A DNA stretch of 8,663 nt from Octopus sinensis (GCF_006345805.1 NW_021828281.1:1-8663), one strand, 5' to 3'. Positions 1-7,898 are shown, counted from the stretch's first letter. Notes: a model not told the origin generated them from the sequence alone. Program-made: numbers and translations.

Positions 1-58
1 TGTGTGTGTATGTGTGTGTGTTCGTGTATGAGAGAGAGTCTATGTATGAAGGTATGTG
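1..58. repeat. Degenerate (TG)n/(AG)n microsatellite
   Basis: tgtgtgtgtatgtgtgtgtg...gagagagag...tatgtatg at the window start. Confidence 0.85.
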
Positions 59-187
59 TCCAGATAGTTGTCTAGCTTCAATTATCGATACCTATACTAT
101 TTACTTGTAAAATAGCGATCGATCTTTACTATTGATCTAATTCCGAGGAGCCATATTGCAATGACACGATAGATTCTTTTTCTCTTG

Positions 188-374
188 TGCGTCGAACAAA
201 ACGTGTCGTAGTGTTTGTTCCAGCTTCTGTTTCAAACCCCGCCGAGTTCAACCTCACCTTTCATCACTACCCTCCACTGGGGTCAACAAAATAAAGTACC
301 AGTCAAATTCTAGTATCATTCACATTGACTTACCACTCCACTCAACATCGTTGGCCCTGCGCATGAAACGGAAA

Positions 375-376
<2 letters not shown>
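188..376 (+). mobile_element. Old, diverged family-B SINE copy
   Basis: Colinear but degraded match to the family-B body seen at 4259-4443 and to the 3' end of the 747-893 copy: tttcaaaccccgccgagttcaac..acctttcatc..ggggtcaacaaaataaagtaccagtc..gacttacc..ttggccctgcgc..gaaatc, then an (ATT)n tail. Confidence 0.65.
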
Positions 377-435
<59 letters not shown>

Positions 436-452
436 CATCATTATTATTATTA
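377..452 (+). repeat. (ATT)n microsatellite, probable tail of the 188-376 SINE
   Basis: About 25 ATT units with two ATC variants. Confidence 0.95.
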
Positions 453-455
453 GAT

Positions 456-619
456 GGCATTTCTCCCGTCTTTGTGCTCTGAGTTCAAATCTGTCGAGGT
501 CGACTTTGCCTTTAATCCTTTCGAGGTCAATAAGTTAAGTACCAGTGAAGTACTGGGGTCGATGTAATCGACTTACCCACTTCGACTTACCCACTATGGA
601 CCTTGTGCTTATTGTAGAA

Positions 620-620
<1 letters not shown>
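456..620 (+). mobile_element. Headless family-B SINE body
   Basis: ggcatttc..ctgagttcaaatc (B box)..gaggtcgactttgccttt..aagtaccagtgaagtactggggtcgatgtaatcgacttacc..ccttgtgc..tagaaa; exact 14-bp tandem duplication tcgacttacccact at 568-581 and 582-595. Confidence 0.85.
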
Positions 621-667
<47 letters not shown>

Positions 668-746
668 ATAATAATAATATGGCATAACTGCTCTCTCACT
701 CAATAATAATAATAATAATAGTAATAATAATAATAATGATGATGAT
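621..746. repeat. (AAT)n tracts (621-679 and 702-746) between two tail-to-tail SINEs
   Basis: Two AAT runs separated by a ~21-bp spacer; the second ends in GAT units. Confidence 0.95.
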
Positions 747-893
747 TTTAAAGTGGGGCACAAGGCCAGCAATTTCGGGGAGGGAATATGTCGATAACAT
801 GACCCCAGTGTGCACCTGGTATTTTGCCGACCTTGAAAATATAAAAGACGTAATCTGGAAAAAATACAGCTGAGCATTTTTCCGGTGCGGTAA
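747..893 (-). mobile_element. Diverged, internally deleted family-B SINE
   Basis: Reverse complement reads gttaccgcaccggaaaaatgctcagctgtatt..aaggtcggcaaaataccagg..cactggggtcatgttatcgac..aaattgctggccttgtgcc, followed by an (ATC/ATT)n tail. Confidence 0.7.
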
Positions 894-1071
894 CAAGGAA
901 AAATAATTATAATTTCGATTTCATATAAATTGTTTTTTCTTCTAGCTGGGGAATTTTACAATAATTTTTTTCTTTTTCCTTTCCTTCTTTTATTCGTTTA
1001 TTTTTCTATAATATCTGGGTTTCCATTCCATGGCCATCTGACACACTGGTGTTATAATTATATACTGACGG

Positions 1072-1133
1072 AAGTGGTGGTGGCAGTGGTGGTGTTGGTA
1101 GTGGCGGTGGTGGTGTTGGTGGTGGTTCTGAGG
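1072..1133. repeat. Degenerate (GGT)n microsatellite
   Basis: gtggtggtggcagtggtggtgttggtagtggcggtggt... Confidence 0.9.
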
Positions 1134-1254
1134 TAGATATAGATATAGACGTGGTGGGGAGGCTGTGAGTTTGCTTCTGGCTGGGGAAAGTACGCAACAG
1201 ACTGCAACGAGATTGAGCGGTTCGTTAAACGGATCATCATCGATCGTTAATTAT

Positions 1255-1296
1255 CGCTAATCTCCTATGACGTCAGAGGATTAACCTAATAGATAA
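1255..1296. promoter_or_regulatory. Candidate cis-regulatory motif cluster: CRE flanked by inverted TAATC sites, plus a GATA site
   Basis: Perfect TGACGTCA at 1268-1275 between taatct (left) and ggatta (right); AGATAA at 1291-1296; unique CpG-rich context. Motif matches only. Confidence 0.3.
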
Positions 1297-1375
1297 ATAG
1301 ACGTGGATAGACAGCACCACAGTGGGTTTTTTCCCTTTTCTGCACTAACAGGAAGAATGACAATGGTAATAGCTT

Positions 1376-1690
1376 GTGGGGGTGGAGGAGGTGATGATGG
1401 TAGTAACGGTGGTGGTGGTGTGGGGGGTGGTGGGGGGGGGGGTGATAGTTGTGGTGTGATGGTGGAGAGGTGATATTGGAGGCGAGGGTAGCAGTGATAG
1501 TGGTGGTGTTGGTATTGGTATTGGTAGTGATGGTGGCGGTAGTTCAGGTAGTGGTGACGGTAATAGTGTTAATGATGATAATGATGGCGGTGCGGTGAAG
1601 GTATTGGTGGTGGTGGTGGTGGTGGTGATGGTGGTGAAGGTGGTGGTTATAGTGGCGCAGTGGCGGTGGTGATGGTGGTCGTAGCGGAGA
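1376..1690. repeat. Long degenerate (GGT/GAT/AGT)n low-complexity tract with a G-run
   Basis: About 315 bp of GGT-type triplets; run of 11 G at ~1432-1442. Confidence 0.9.
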
Positions 1691-1784
1691 TTGTTGTGAC
1701 GGAGCGTCTATGAGCTTTTAACAAGAAAATACGAGGCCATGTAGGAGGAACATTCTAGAACTGTTTCGAATAAAAGATCAGTTA

Positions 1785-1819
1785 AATCAATCAATCAATC
1801 AATCAACCAATCAATCAAT
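1785..1819. repeat. (AATC)n microsatellite
   Basis: aatcaatcaatcaatcaatcaaccaatcaatcaat. Confidence 0.9.
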
Positions 1820-2315
1820 AAATGTTAGTTTTATTTTGTAGATATGATTCGGGAATCATTTTAGGTCAACTCTGTGGAAAGGACGTTAAGTAAACCCTTC
1901 CGTTTGGAGAACCGAGGCAGCACTTTCGGTTAGTGCTAACAATGTTTCCACGGTAGAGTAGCTACAGTATGTGGCTCCCGGAGCAGCCTTTAAGTTTTCT
2001 GCCCACCCCGATCTGCCACAGCATATATAGGCTTACACAATACGTCCAAAAATGCCGCCTTATAAAAGCATAGCCCGGGGAGACTGGTACCCATTGCGGC
2101 CCCTGGGTATCCTATTGCATCTTCCGTCTTCCCTTTCTAAATTTATGGGGAAGTTGAAAAAACGGAGGGAAATATGGATGAATGTTAGATATTCACTGTG
2201 AGTGTAATAGAACAAGATGGCTTGATTAGTCTAATGTCTCTAATTGCAAATTGGTAAGATGATGAATTTTCAAAGTCATTTGAGCGTTGGAAATACCCAC
2301 ATTAAGGGTTTTAAA

Positions 2316-2628
2316 TCTTTTACCTTTCATTCATTTCAGTTATTAAATTGCATCCATGCTGGGTCACTGTCTTGAAGACTTTAACACAACAAATCGGTCG
2401 CAGTACGTATTTTAAAGTTTCGTACTTATTCTATCAATCTCTGGTGCTATACCACTATCTTACGGGGACGCAAACAAACCAACACCAGTTGTGAAGCAAT
2501 GGTGGTAGTCATGGTGGTGGACAAACAGACACACACACATACACGACGGGATTCTTCCAGTTTCCGTCCACCAAATTCATTCCAATGCTTTGGTCAACCT
2601 GAGTTTGTAGTAGAAGACACTTACCCAA
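2316..2628 (-). mobile_element. Old, 5'-truncated family-A SINE
   Basis: Colinear diverged match to 2657-3000: tttcagttatt..ccatgctggg..gtacttattctatc..ttacggggacgcaaac..cacacacatacacgacggg..cagtttccgtccacc..agtagaagacacttacccaa; the tRNA head is missing. Confidence 0.8.
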
Positions 2629-2656
2629 ATTTACTTCACTTCTGATTTACAACACC

Positions 2657-3077
2657 TTACTCTTTTACTCTTTTACTTGTTTCAGTCATTTGACTGCGGC
2701 CATGCTGGAGCACCGCCTTTATTCGAGCAAATCGACTCCGGGACTTATTCTTTGTAAGCCTAGTACTTATTCTATCGGTCTCTTTTTTGCCGAACCGCTA
2801 AGTGACGGGGATGTAAACACACCAGCATCGGTTGTCAAGCAATGCTAGGGGGACAAATACAGGCACACAAACATACACGCACATATATATATATATATAT
2901 ATAACATATATACGACGGGCTTCTTTCAGTTTCCGTCTACCAAATCCACTCACAAGGCATTGGTCGGCTCGGGACTATAGCAGAAGACACTTGCCCAAGG
3001 TGCCACGCAGTGGGACTGAACCCGGAACCATGTGGTTGGTTAGCAAGCTACTTACCACACAGCCACTCCTGCGCCTA
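2657..3077 (-). mobile_element. Full-length young family-A tRNA-derived SINE
   Basis: Minus strand: head taggcgcaggagTGGCTGTGTGG (A box)...GGTTCAGTCCC (B box), core ggcaccttgggcaagtgtcttc, internal (TA)/(TG) tract, 3' end ggcggtgctccagcatggccgcagtcaaatgactgaaac and (AAAAGAGT)n tail. Confidence 0.92.
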
Positions 3078-3449
3078 TATGAATTAAAAAATATATTTTA
3101 CGTAACGAAGAACAACAAAGGGAGAACTTAACCAATTTAACGTAAGAGTAGCTGTAATGCGATGAATTCCGTATGACTCTACTTGCGGAAAACGCCAAAG
3201 ACCGGTGACATCATGGTTCTGTATTTACGGCTTTCTAATTGGCAGAAACATTACTACTTTCATCTGTGAACACACAACAATGTGGTTGTCCGCTTTTGTT
3301 TTCTTCCAGGGTTATGGTCAAAGAAAATCGCAGCCCCTAAGGTGTAATCGCAGGCTGAAAGGGTTATGCTCTAAGTTTAATGCAGTTGCGTTTATTTTAA
3401 TATTTAAGGTCTGCTTGTTTGTTTGTTGTGTTTATATGTATAGAATTTA

Positions 3450-4002
3450 TTGGGTTGTTCGGAAAGTTCGTGCCGATTTATAGTAGCTTACATTTCGACT
3501 TATTTTAGAACATGGTTGAGTCCATAGAATAGGATTTGACTACACCTCCATTTAGAGCACAGTTTAAGCTATCTTTTCGTGGAAGAAGGTTTATGTTCCT
3601 ATAACCTGTGTTAATTCTGTAACCCTTTAAAATGGAAGATAAGAAAGTTCATTTTCGGCACTTGATACTTTGGGAACCAGACAAAAATTGCTGCAGCTCG
3701 GCCGGGATGTGTTACCCCACCCTCCATATTCACCAGATACTGTTCCTTCGGATTTCCACTTATTCAGGTCTCTGCAGAATAGTATTAATGGTAAAAATTT
3801 TAATTCCTTGGATGACGTAAAAGGATACCTTGATGAATTCTTTGCCATGAAACCACCTCAATTCTTGGAAGAGGGTATTTTCAAGTTAAAGGAAAGATGG
3901 AGACGCATGGTTCATATTTGGTTGACTAAAAATGTAATGGCAAGTATTTATTGACCTTTTTCTCTCTTATAAAAATCGGCATGAACTTTCCGGACAACCC
4001 AA
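3450..4002 (+). mobile_element. Internally deleted mariner DNA transposon (553 bp, non-autonomous)
   Basis: 30-bp TIRs at 3450-3479 (ttgggttgttcggaaagttcgtgccgattt) and 3973-4002 (28/30 match), TA on both sides (3448-3449, 4003-4004), transposase remnants inside. Confidence 0.95.
3632..3929 (+). pseudogene. Mariner transposase remnant: N-terminal ~15 codons fused out of frame to the C-terminal region
   Basis: MEDKKVHFRHLILWE (3632-3676) resembles a mariner N-terminus; from ~3676 another frame gives TRQKLLQLGRDVLPHPPYSPDTVPSDFHLFRSLQN...KLKERWRRMV, containing the mariner YSPDLAPSD-type motif; the likely ancestral end S-Y-L-V-D-stop (TAA 3927-3929) lies in a shifted frame. Confidence 0.9.
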
Positions 4003-4021
4003 TAGTTTACGTGTTTTGTGG

Positions 4022-4123
4022 CATAACATGCCCATACACACGCACATAACATGCCCATACACACGCACATACACTCCCATACACACGCACATACTCACAC
4101 ATACTCATACACACACACATACT

Positions 4124-4161
<38 letters not shown>

Positions 4162-4185
4162 ACACACACACACCACACACACACA
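4022..4185. repeat. Degenerate (CA)n tract starting with an exact 23-bp tandem duplication
   Basis: cataacatgcccatacacacgca at 4022-4044 and 4045-4067, then CA repeats. Confidence 0.92.
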
Positions 4186-4210
4186 GAGTTAAGTAGGAAG
4201 AGCTGGCTAA

Positions 4211-4995
4211 GGCGGCGAGCTGGCAGAAGCGTTAGCACGCCGGGCGAAATGCGTAGCCGTATTTCGTCTGCCGTTACGTTCTGGGTTCAAATTCCGCCGA
4301 GGTCGACTTTGCCTTTCATCCTTTCGTGGATCGTTAAATTAAGTACCAGTTACGCACTGGGGTCGATATAATCGACTTAATCCGTTCGTCTGTCCTTGTT
4401 TGTCCCCTCTGTGTTTAGCCCCTTGTGGGTAGTAAAGAAATAGGTATTTCGTCTGCCGTTACGTTCTGGGTTCAAATTCCACCGAGGTCGACTTTGCCTT
4501 TATCCTTTCGGGGTCGTTAATTAAGTACCACTTACGCACTGGGGTTGATATAAAATCGACTTAATCCGTTCGTCTGTCCTTGTTTGTCCCCTCTGTGTTT
4601 AGCCCCTTGTGGGTAGTAAAGAAATAGGTATTTCGTCTGCCGTTACGTTCTGGGTTCAAATTCCACCGAGGTCGACTTTGCCTTTCATCCTTTCGGGGTC
4701 GTTAAATTAAGTACCACTTACGCACTGGGGTTGATATAATCGACTTAATCCGTTCGTCTGTCCTTGTTTGTCCCCTCTGTGTTTAGCCCCTTGTGGGTAG
4801 TAAAGAAATAGGTATTTCGTCTGTCGTTACGTTCTGAGTTCAAATTCCGCCGAGGTCGACTTTGCCTTTCATCCTTTCGGGGGTCGTTAAATTAAGTACC
4901 AGTTACGCACTGGGGCTGATATAATCGACTTAATCCGTTCGTCTGTCCTTGTTTGTCCCCTCTGTGTTTAGCCCCTCGTGGGTAGTAAAGAAATA
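4211..4995 (+). mobile_element. Family-B SINE multimer: one tRNA-like head plus four tandem ~184-bp bodies
   Basis: Head 4211-4258 (ggcggcgagcTGGCAGAAGCGttagc, A-box-like); units start with gtatttcgtc at 4259, 4444, 4628 and 4812; each has a B box G(G/A)GTTCAAATTCC and the core gtcgactttgcctttcatcctttcggggtcg, which from memory resembles the Deu/Nin-type SINE core. Confidence 0.93.
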
Positions 4996-5241
4996 TATAT
5001 TGGTTATACAACGTAACATACAAATGTTTGATGTAAAATGTTGGGTGGCGGTTGTTTGTGTTTTATTTCAAAAGCTAATTAAATGTTAATTGTCAATATT
5101 TATTAGCGATATATCAGATTAAGGCGGCATTACTATAAATAGTAATGGGATAAATTAAGAAAGAAAAAAATAAATGATTAATCCAAGATATCGCCGCCTT
5201 CGGAGAATAATCCCCAAGGAACAATCCGTTAATAAGTTCTT

Positions 5242-5507
<266 letters not shown>

Positions 5508-5509
5508 AT

Positions 5510-5725
5510 TTTTCTTTTACATGTTCCAATCATTTGACTGCGGCCATGCTGGAACATCGCCTTGAAGGGTTTTAGTCGAAGAAATCGAGCCCAGGAGTTA
5601 TTGTTTGTAAGCCTAGTAATTATCTTTTCGTCGAACCGCTAGGTTACGGGGACGTAAACACACCAACAAGCGATGGTGGGGGTACAAACACAGACACAAA
5701 GATATATGCATAAATACATATACAC
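5510..5725 (-). mobile_element. 3' half of a family-A SINE
   Basis: tttcttttacatgttccaatcatttgactgcggccatgctgg..ccttgaagggttttagtcgaa..gaaccgctaggttacggggacgtaaacacacc..acaaacacagacac; ends inside its internal microsatellite. Confidence 0.85.
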
Positions 5726-5726
5726 A

Positions 5727-5810
5727 CGTGGGGTGTATGAAAAGTCTCGAGGCTCAAAAGAAAACATGCTACAAGACTTCTGATGAAGGTACAAGACGTG
5801 AAGGGTACAA

Positions 5811-5879
<69 letters not shown>

Positions 5880-5968
5880 TGAATTTGTCAAGACTTGAAT
5901 TTGTACAAGACTTGTACCTTCATCTGGTCTTGTACCTTGAAGGCTAAAAACTCTCCGTACACCCCTGG
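5727..5968. mobile_element. Degenerate Tc1/mariner-type MITE (~242 bp)
   Basis: Left end cgtggggtgtatgaaaagtctcgaggct versus reverse complement of the right end ccaggggtgtacggagagtttttagcct (19/28, including an 8-bp GGGGTGTA block); TA at 5969-5970 but CA at 5725-5726; second inner inverted repeat; no ORF. Confidence 0.6.
5813..5876. repeat. (CT)32 microsatellite
   Basis: Uninterrupted CT run. Confidence 0.97.
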
Positions 5969-5974
5969 TATATA

Positions 5975-6330
5975 CGCTATACGTTGTGAGTTCAAATTCC
6001 ACCGAGGTCGACTTTGCCTTTCATTCTTTCGGAGTCGATTAAATAAGTACCAGTTAATAACTGGGGTCGATGTAATCGACTTAATCCCTTTGTCTGTCCT
6101 TGTTTGTCCACTCTATGTTTAGCCCTTGTGGGTAGTAAAGAAATGGGTATTTCGTCTGCCGCTACGTTCTGAGTTCAAATTCCGCCGAGATCGACTTTGC
6201 CTTTCATCACTTCGGGGTCGATAAATTAAGTACCGGTTAAGCACTGGGGTCGATGTAATCCCTTTGTCTGTTCTTGTTTGTTCTCTCTATGTTTAGCCCC
6301 TTGTGGGCAATAAAGAAATAAGAAATAAGA
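5975..6330 (+). mobile_element. Headless family-B SINE dimer
   Basis: Unit 1 ~5975-6146, unit 2 6147-6330, joined by gtaaagaaatgg|gtatttcgtctgcc; (AAGAAAT)n tail; unit 2 lacks 9 bp between two taat(c) motifs. Confidence 0.9.
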
Positions 6331-6771
6331 AGCTTGTTTCCCAACCACATGGTTCCGGGTTCAGTCCCATTGCTTGGCACCATGGGCGAGTGTATTCTAC
6401 TACAGCTTCGGGCTGACCAAAACCTTGTAAATGAAATTTGTAGGCGGAAACTGAAAGAAGCCCGTCGTATATATATATATTCTATATATATATATATATA
6501 TCTGCTAGCGTGTGTGTTGTATATGTTTGTGGGTGGGGTGGGGCGGGGCGGGGGTGTCTTTGTGTCTGTGATTGATCCCCCTACCGCCACTTGACAACCG
6601 GTATTGACATGTTAACGTTCCCGTAACTTAGAGGTTCGGCAAAAATGACCGATAGAATAAGCGTCATGTTTGAATGGATAAAAGTGGTGGGACTGATTCA
6701 TTCAACTAAAAATTTATTTCCGGGCGGAGCTCCAGCATGACCGCTGTCTAATTAATGAAACAAGATAAAGG
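6331..6771 (+). mobile_element. Family-A SINE, slightly 5'-truncated, older subfamily
   Basis: agcttgtttcccaaccacatggttccgggttcagtccc (B box)..ggaaactgaaagaagcccgtcg-(TA)n..ttgacaaccg..ggttcggcaaaa..ctccagcatgaccgc..tgaaacaagataaag. Confidence 0.88.
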
Positions 6772-6855
6772 ATGTAATTAGGAAACAGTTATAGGGTAAT
6801 TATTGTTGGATTTTATTGGAGATGACTGTTCCGAAGTCAAGAGGACAATCTGATA

Positions 6856-7253
6856 TCTTTATATATAAAAGAGAGGTTGTGTGTCTGTGTACTCCGATTT
6901 AGATTCCTAACTACTCCCACATTTTGCGGTGCAGTTTAACCAAAACCGGGTATCTTATAGTCGTGAATCATATCGAGCCCTTCTGGGTATTAGCGCGCGT
7001 CTACGATGAGTCTACGATTAAAAAAAAATTTACCATAATTTTTTTTCCATTTTAATGCATTTTTTCGCTATTATATAAGGGAAGTAACTCTCTAAAAATG
7101 TCTACGATGAGTCAACGACTTAAAAAAAAAATTTACCATAATTTATTTTCCATTTTTAATGCATTTTTTGCTATTTTTTTGCTATAACTCTCTAAAAATG
7201 CTTATATAGTTATTTCCCTTACAAGCCCGAGCAACGCCGGGCGATACTGCTAG
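6856..7253 (+). mobile_element. Non-autonomous Helitron (398 bp)
   Basis: 5' A|TCtttatatataaaag; 3' GC-rich hairpin gcccg-agcaacgc-cgggc (7225-7242), a 7-nt spacer, then CTAG (7250-7253)|T; inserted between A and T with no TSD. Confidence 0.85.
6999..7199 (+). repeat. Two ~100-bp tandem units inside the Helitron
   Basis: Units at 6999-7099 and 7100-7199 both start gtctacgatgagtc and end taactctctaaaaat. Confidence 0.9.
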
Positions 7254-7441
7254 TATATTTATAAATATCGAACTACTTGGGAAGCCAGCAGAAAGACAAG
7301 ATGAAATGAATAAATAAAAAAGATAAATACCTTGGATCGAATTTATAGGTTCCAGATCAGAGAGAAGAAGCTGCAAAACAAAAGACAATGACGATTACCG
7401 CTGGTTCAATATCTCAACGAAGTTTTTAAAAAAAATCTAAA

Positions 7442-7869
7442 CAGGCGCAGGATTGGCTGTGTGGTAAGTAGCTTGCTAACCAACCACATGGTTCCGGGTT
7501 CAGTCCCACTGCGTGGCATCTTGGGCAAGTGTCTTCTGCTATAGCCCCGCGACGACCAATGCCTTGTGAGTGGATTTGGTAGACGGAAACTGAAAGAAGC
7601 CTGTCGTATATATGTATATATATATATATATATATGTATGTGTGGTGTGTTTGTGTGTCTGTGTTTGTTCTCTAGCATTGCTTGACAACCGATGCGTTGT
7701 GTGTTTACGTCCCCGTCATTAGCGGTTCGGCAAAAAAAGAGACCGATAGAATAAGTACTGGGCTTACAAAAGAATAAGTCCCGGGGTCGAGTTGCTCGAC
7801 TAAAGGCGGTGCTCCAGCATGGCCACAGTCAAATGACTGAAACAAGTAAAAGAGTAAAAGAGAGTAAAG
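7442..7869 (+). mobile_element. Full-length young family-A tRNA-derived SINE
   Basis: A box TGGCTGTGTGG 7454-7464, B box GGTTCAGTCCC 7497-7507, same body and AAAAGAGT tail as 2657-3077. Confidence 0.93.
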
Positions 7870-7896
7870 ATTATTATCATTATCATTATTATGATG
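7870..7896. repeat. Short (ATT/ATC)n tract
   Basis: gattattatcattatcattattatgatg. Confidence 0.8.
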
Positions 7897-7898
7897 AA

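Noticed and set aside
587-1240. ORFs 587-877, 696-896, 930-1136, 1006-1197 and 1058-1240
   Set aside because: Their poly-L/I/V/P/T runs are translations of (AAT)n and (GGT)n microsatellites and SINE sequence; no recognisable domain.
1330-1715. Acceptor-like ttttctgcactaacAG followed by Gly/Ser-rich reading frames
   Set aside because: Frames shift and stop (for example TGA at ~1471), and the composition is explained by a degenerate GGT microsatellite; not supportable as an exon from sequence alone.
2832-3131. Similar ORFs at 2832-3131, 7406-7678 and 6237-6590 (RRASFSFRLPNPLTRHW...)
   Set aside because: Paralogy arises because all three are antisense reads of family-A SINEs through their microsatellite, not a gene family.
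3670-3954. 94-aa ORF as a functional or domesticated transposase
   Set aside because: It starts at a TTG created by the deletion junction, lacks the DNA-binding domain and two catalytic residues, and has a frameshifted C-terminus.
4259-4995. CRISPR-like or tRNA-gene array
   Set aside because: Units are ~184-bp near-identical repeats without unique spacers, in a eukaryotic context; only the B box is repeated and no cloverleaf or acceptor stem is evident.
5128-5147. Hairpin cattacta-taaa-tagtaatg containing TATAAAT
   Set aside because: An 8-bp AT-rich stem is expected by chance in 8.6 kb of AT-rich DNA, and there is no supporting context.
5775-5815. Hammerhead ribozyme at CTGATGA (5780-5786)
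   Set aside because: No stem II followed by GAAA (the sequence gives GAAG), and no stem I/III pairing with a UH cleavage site could be built.
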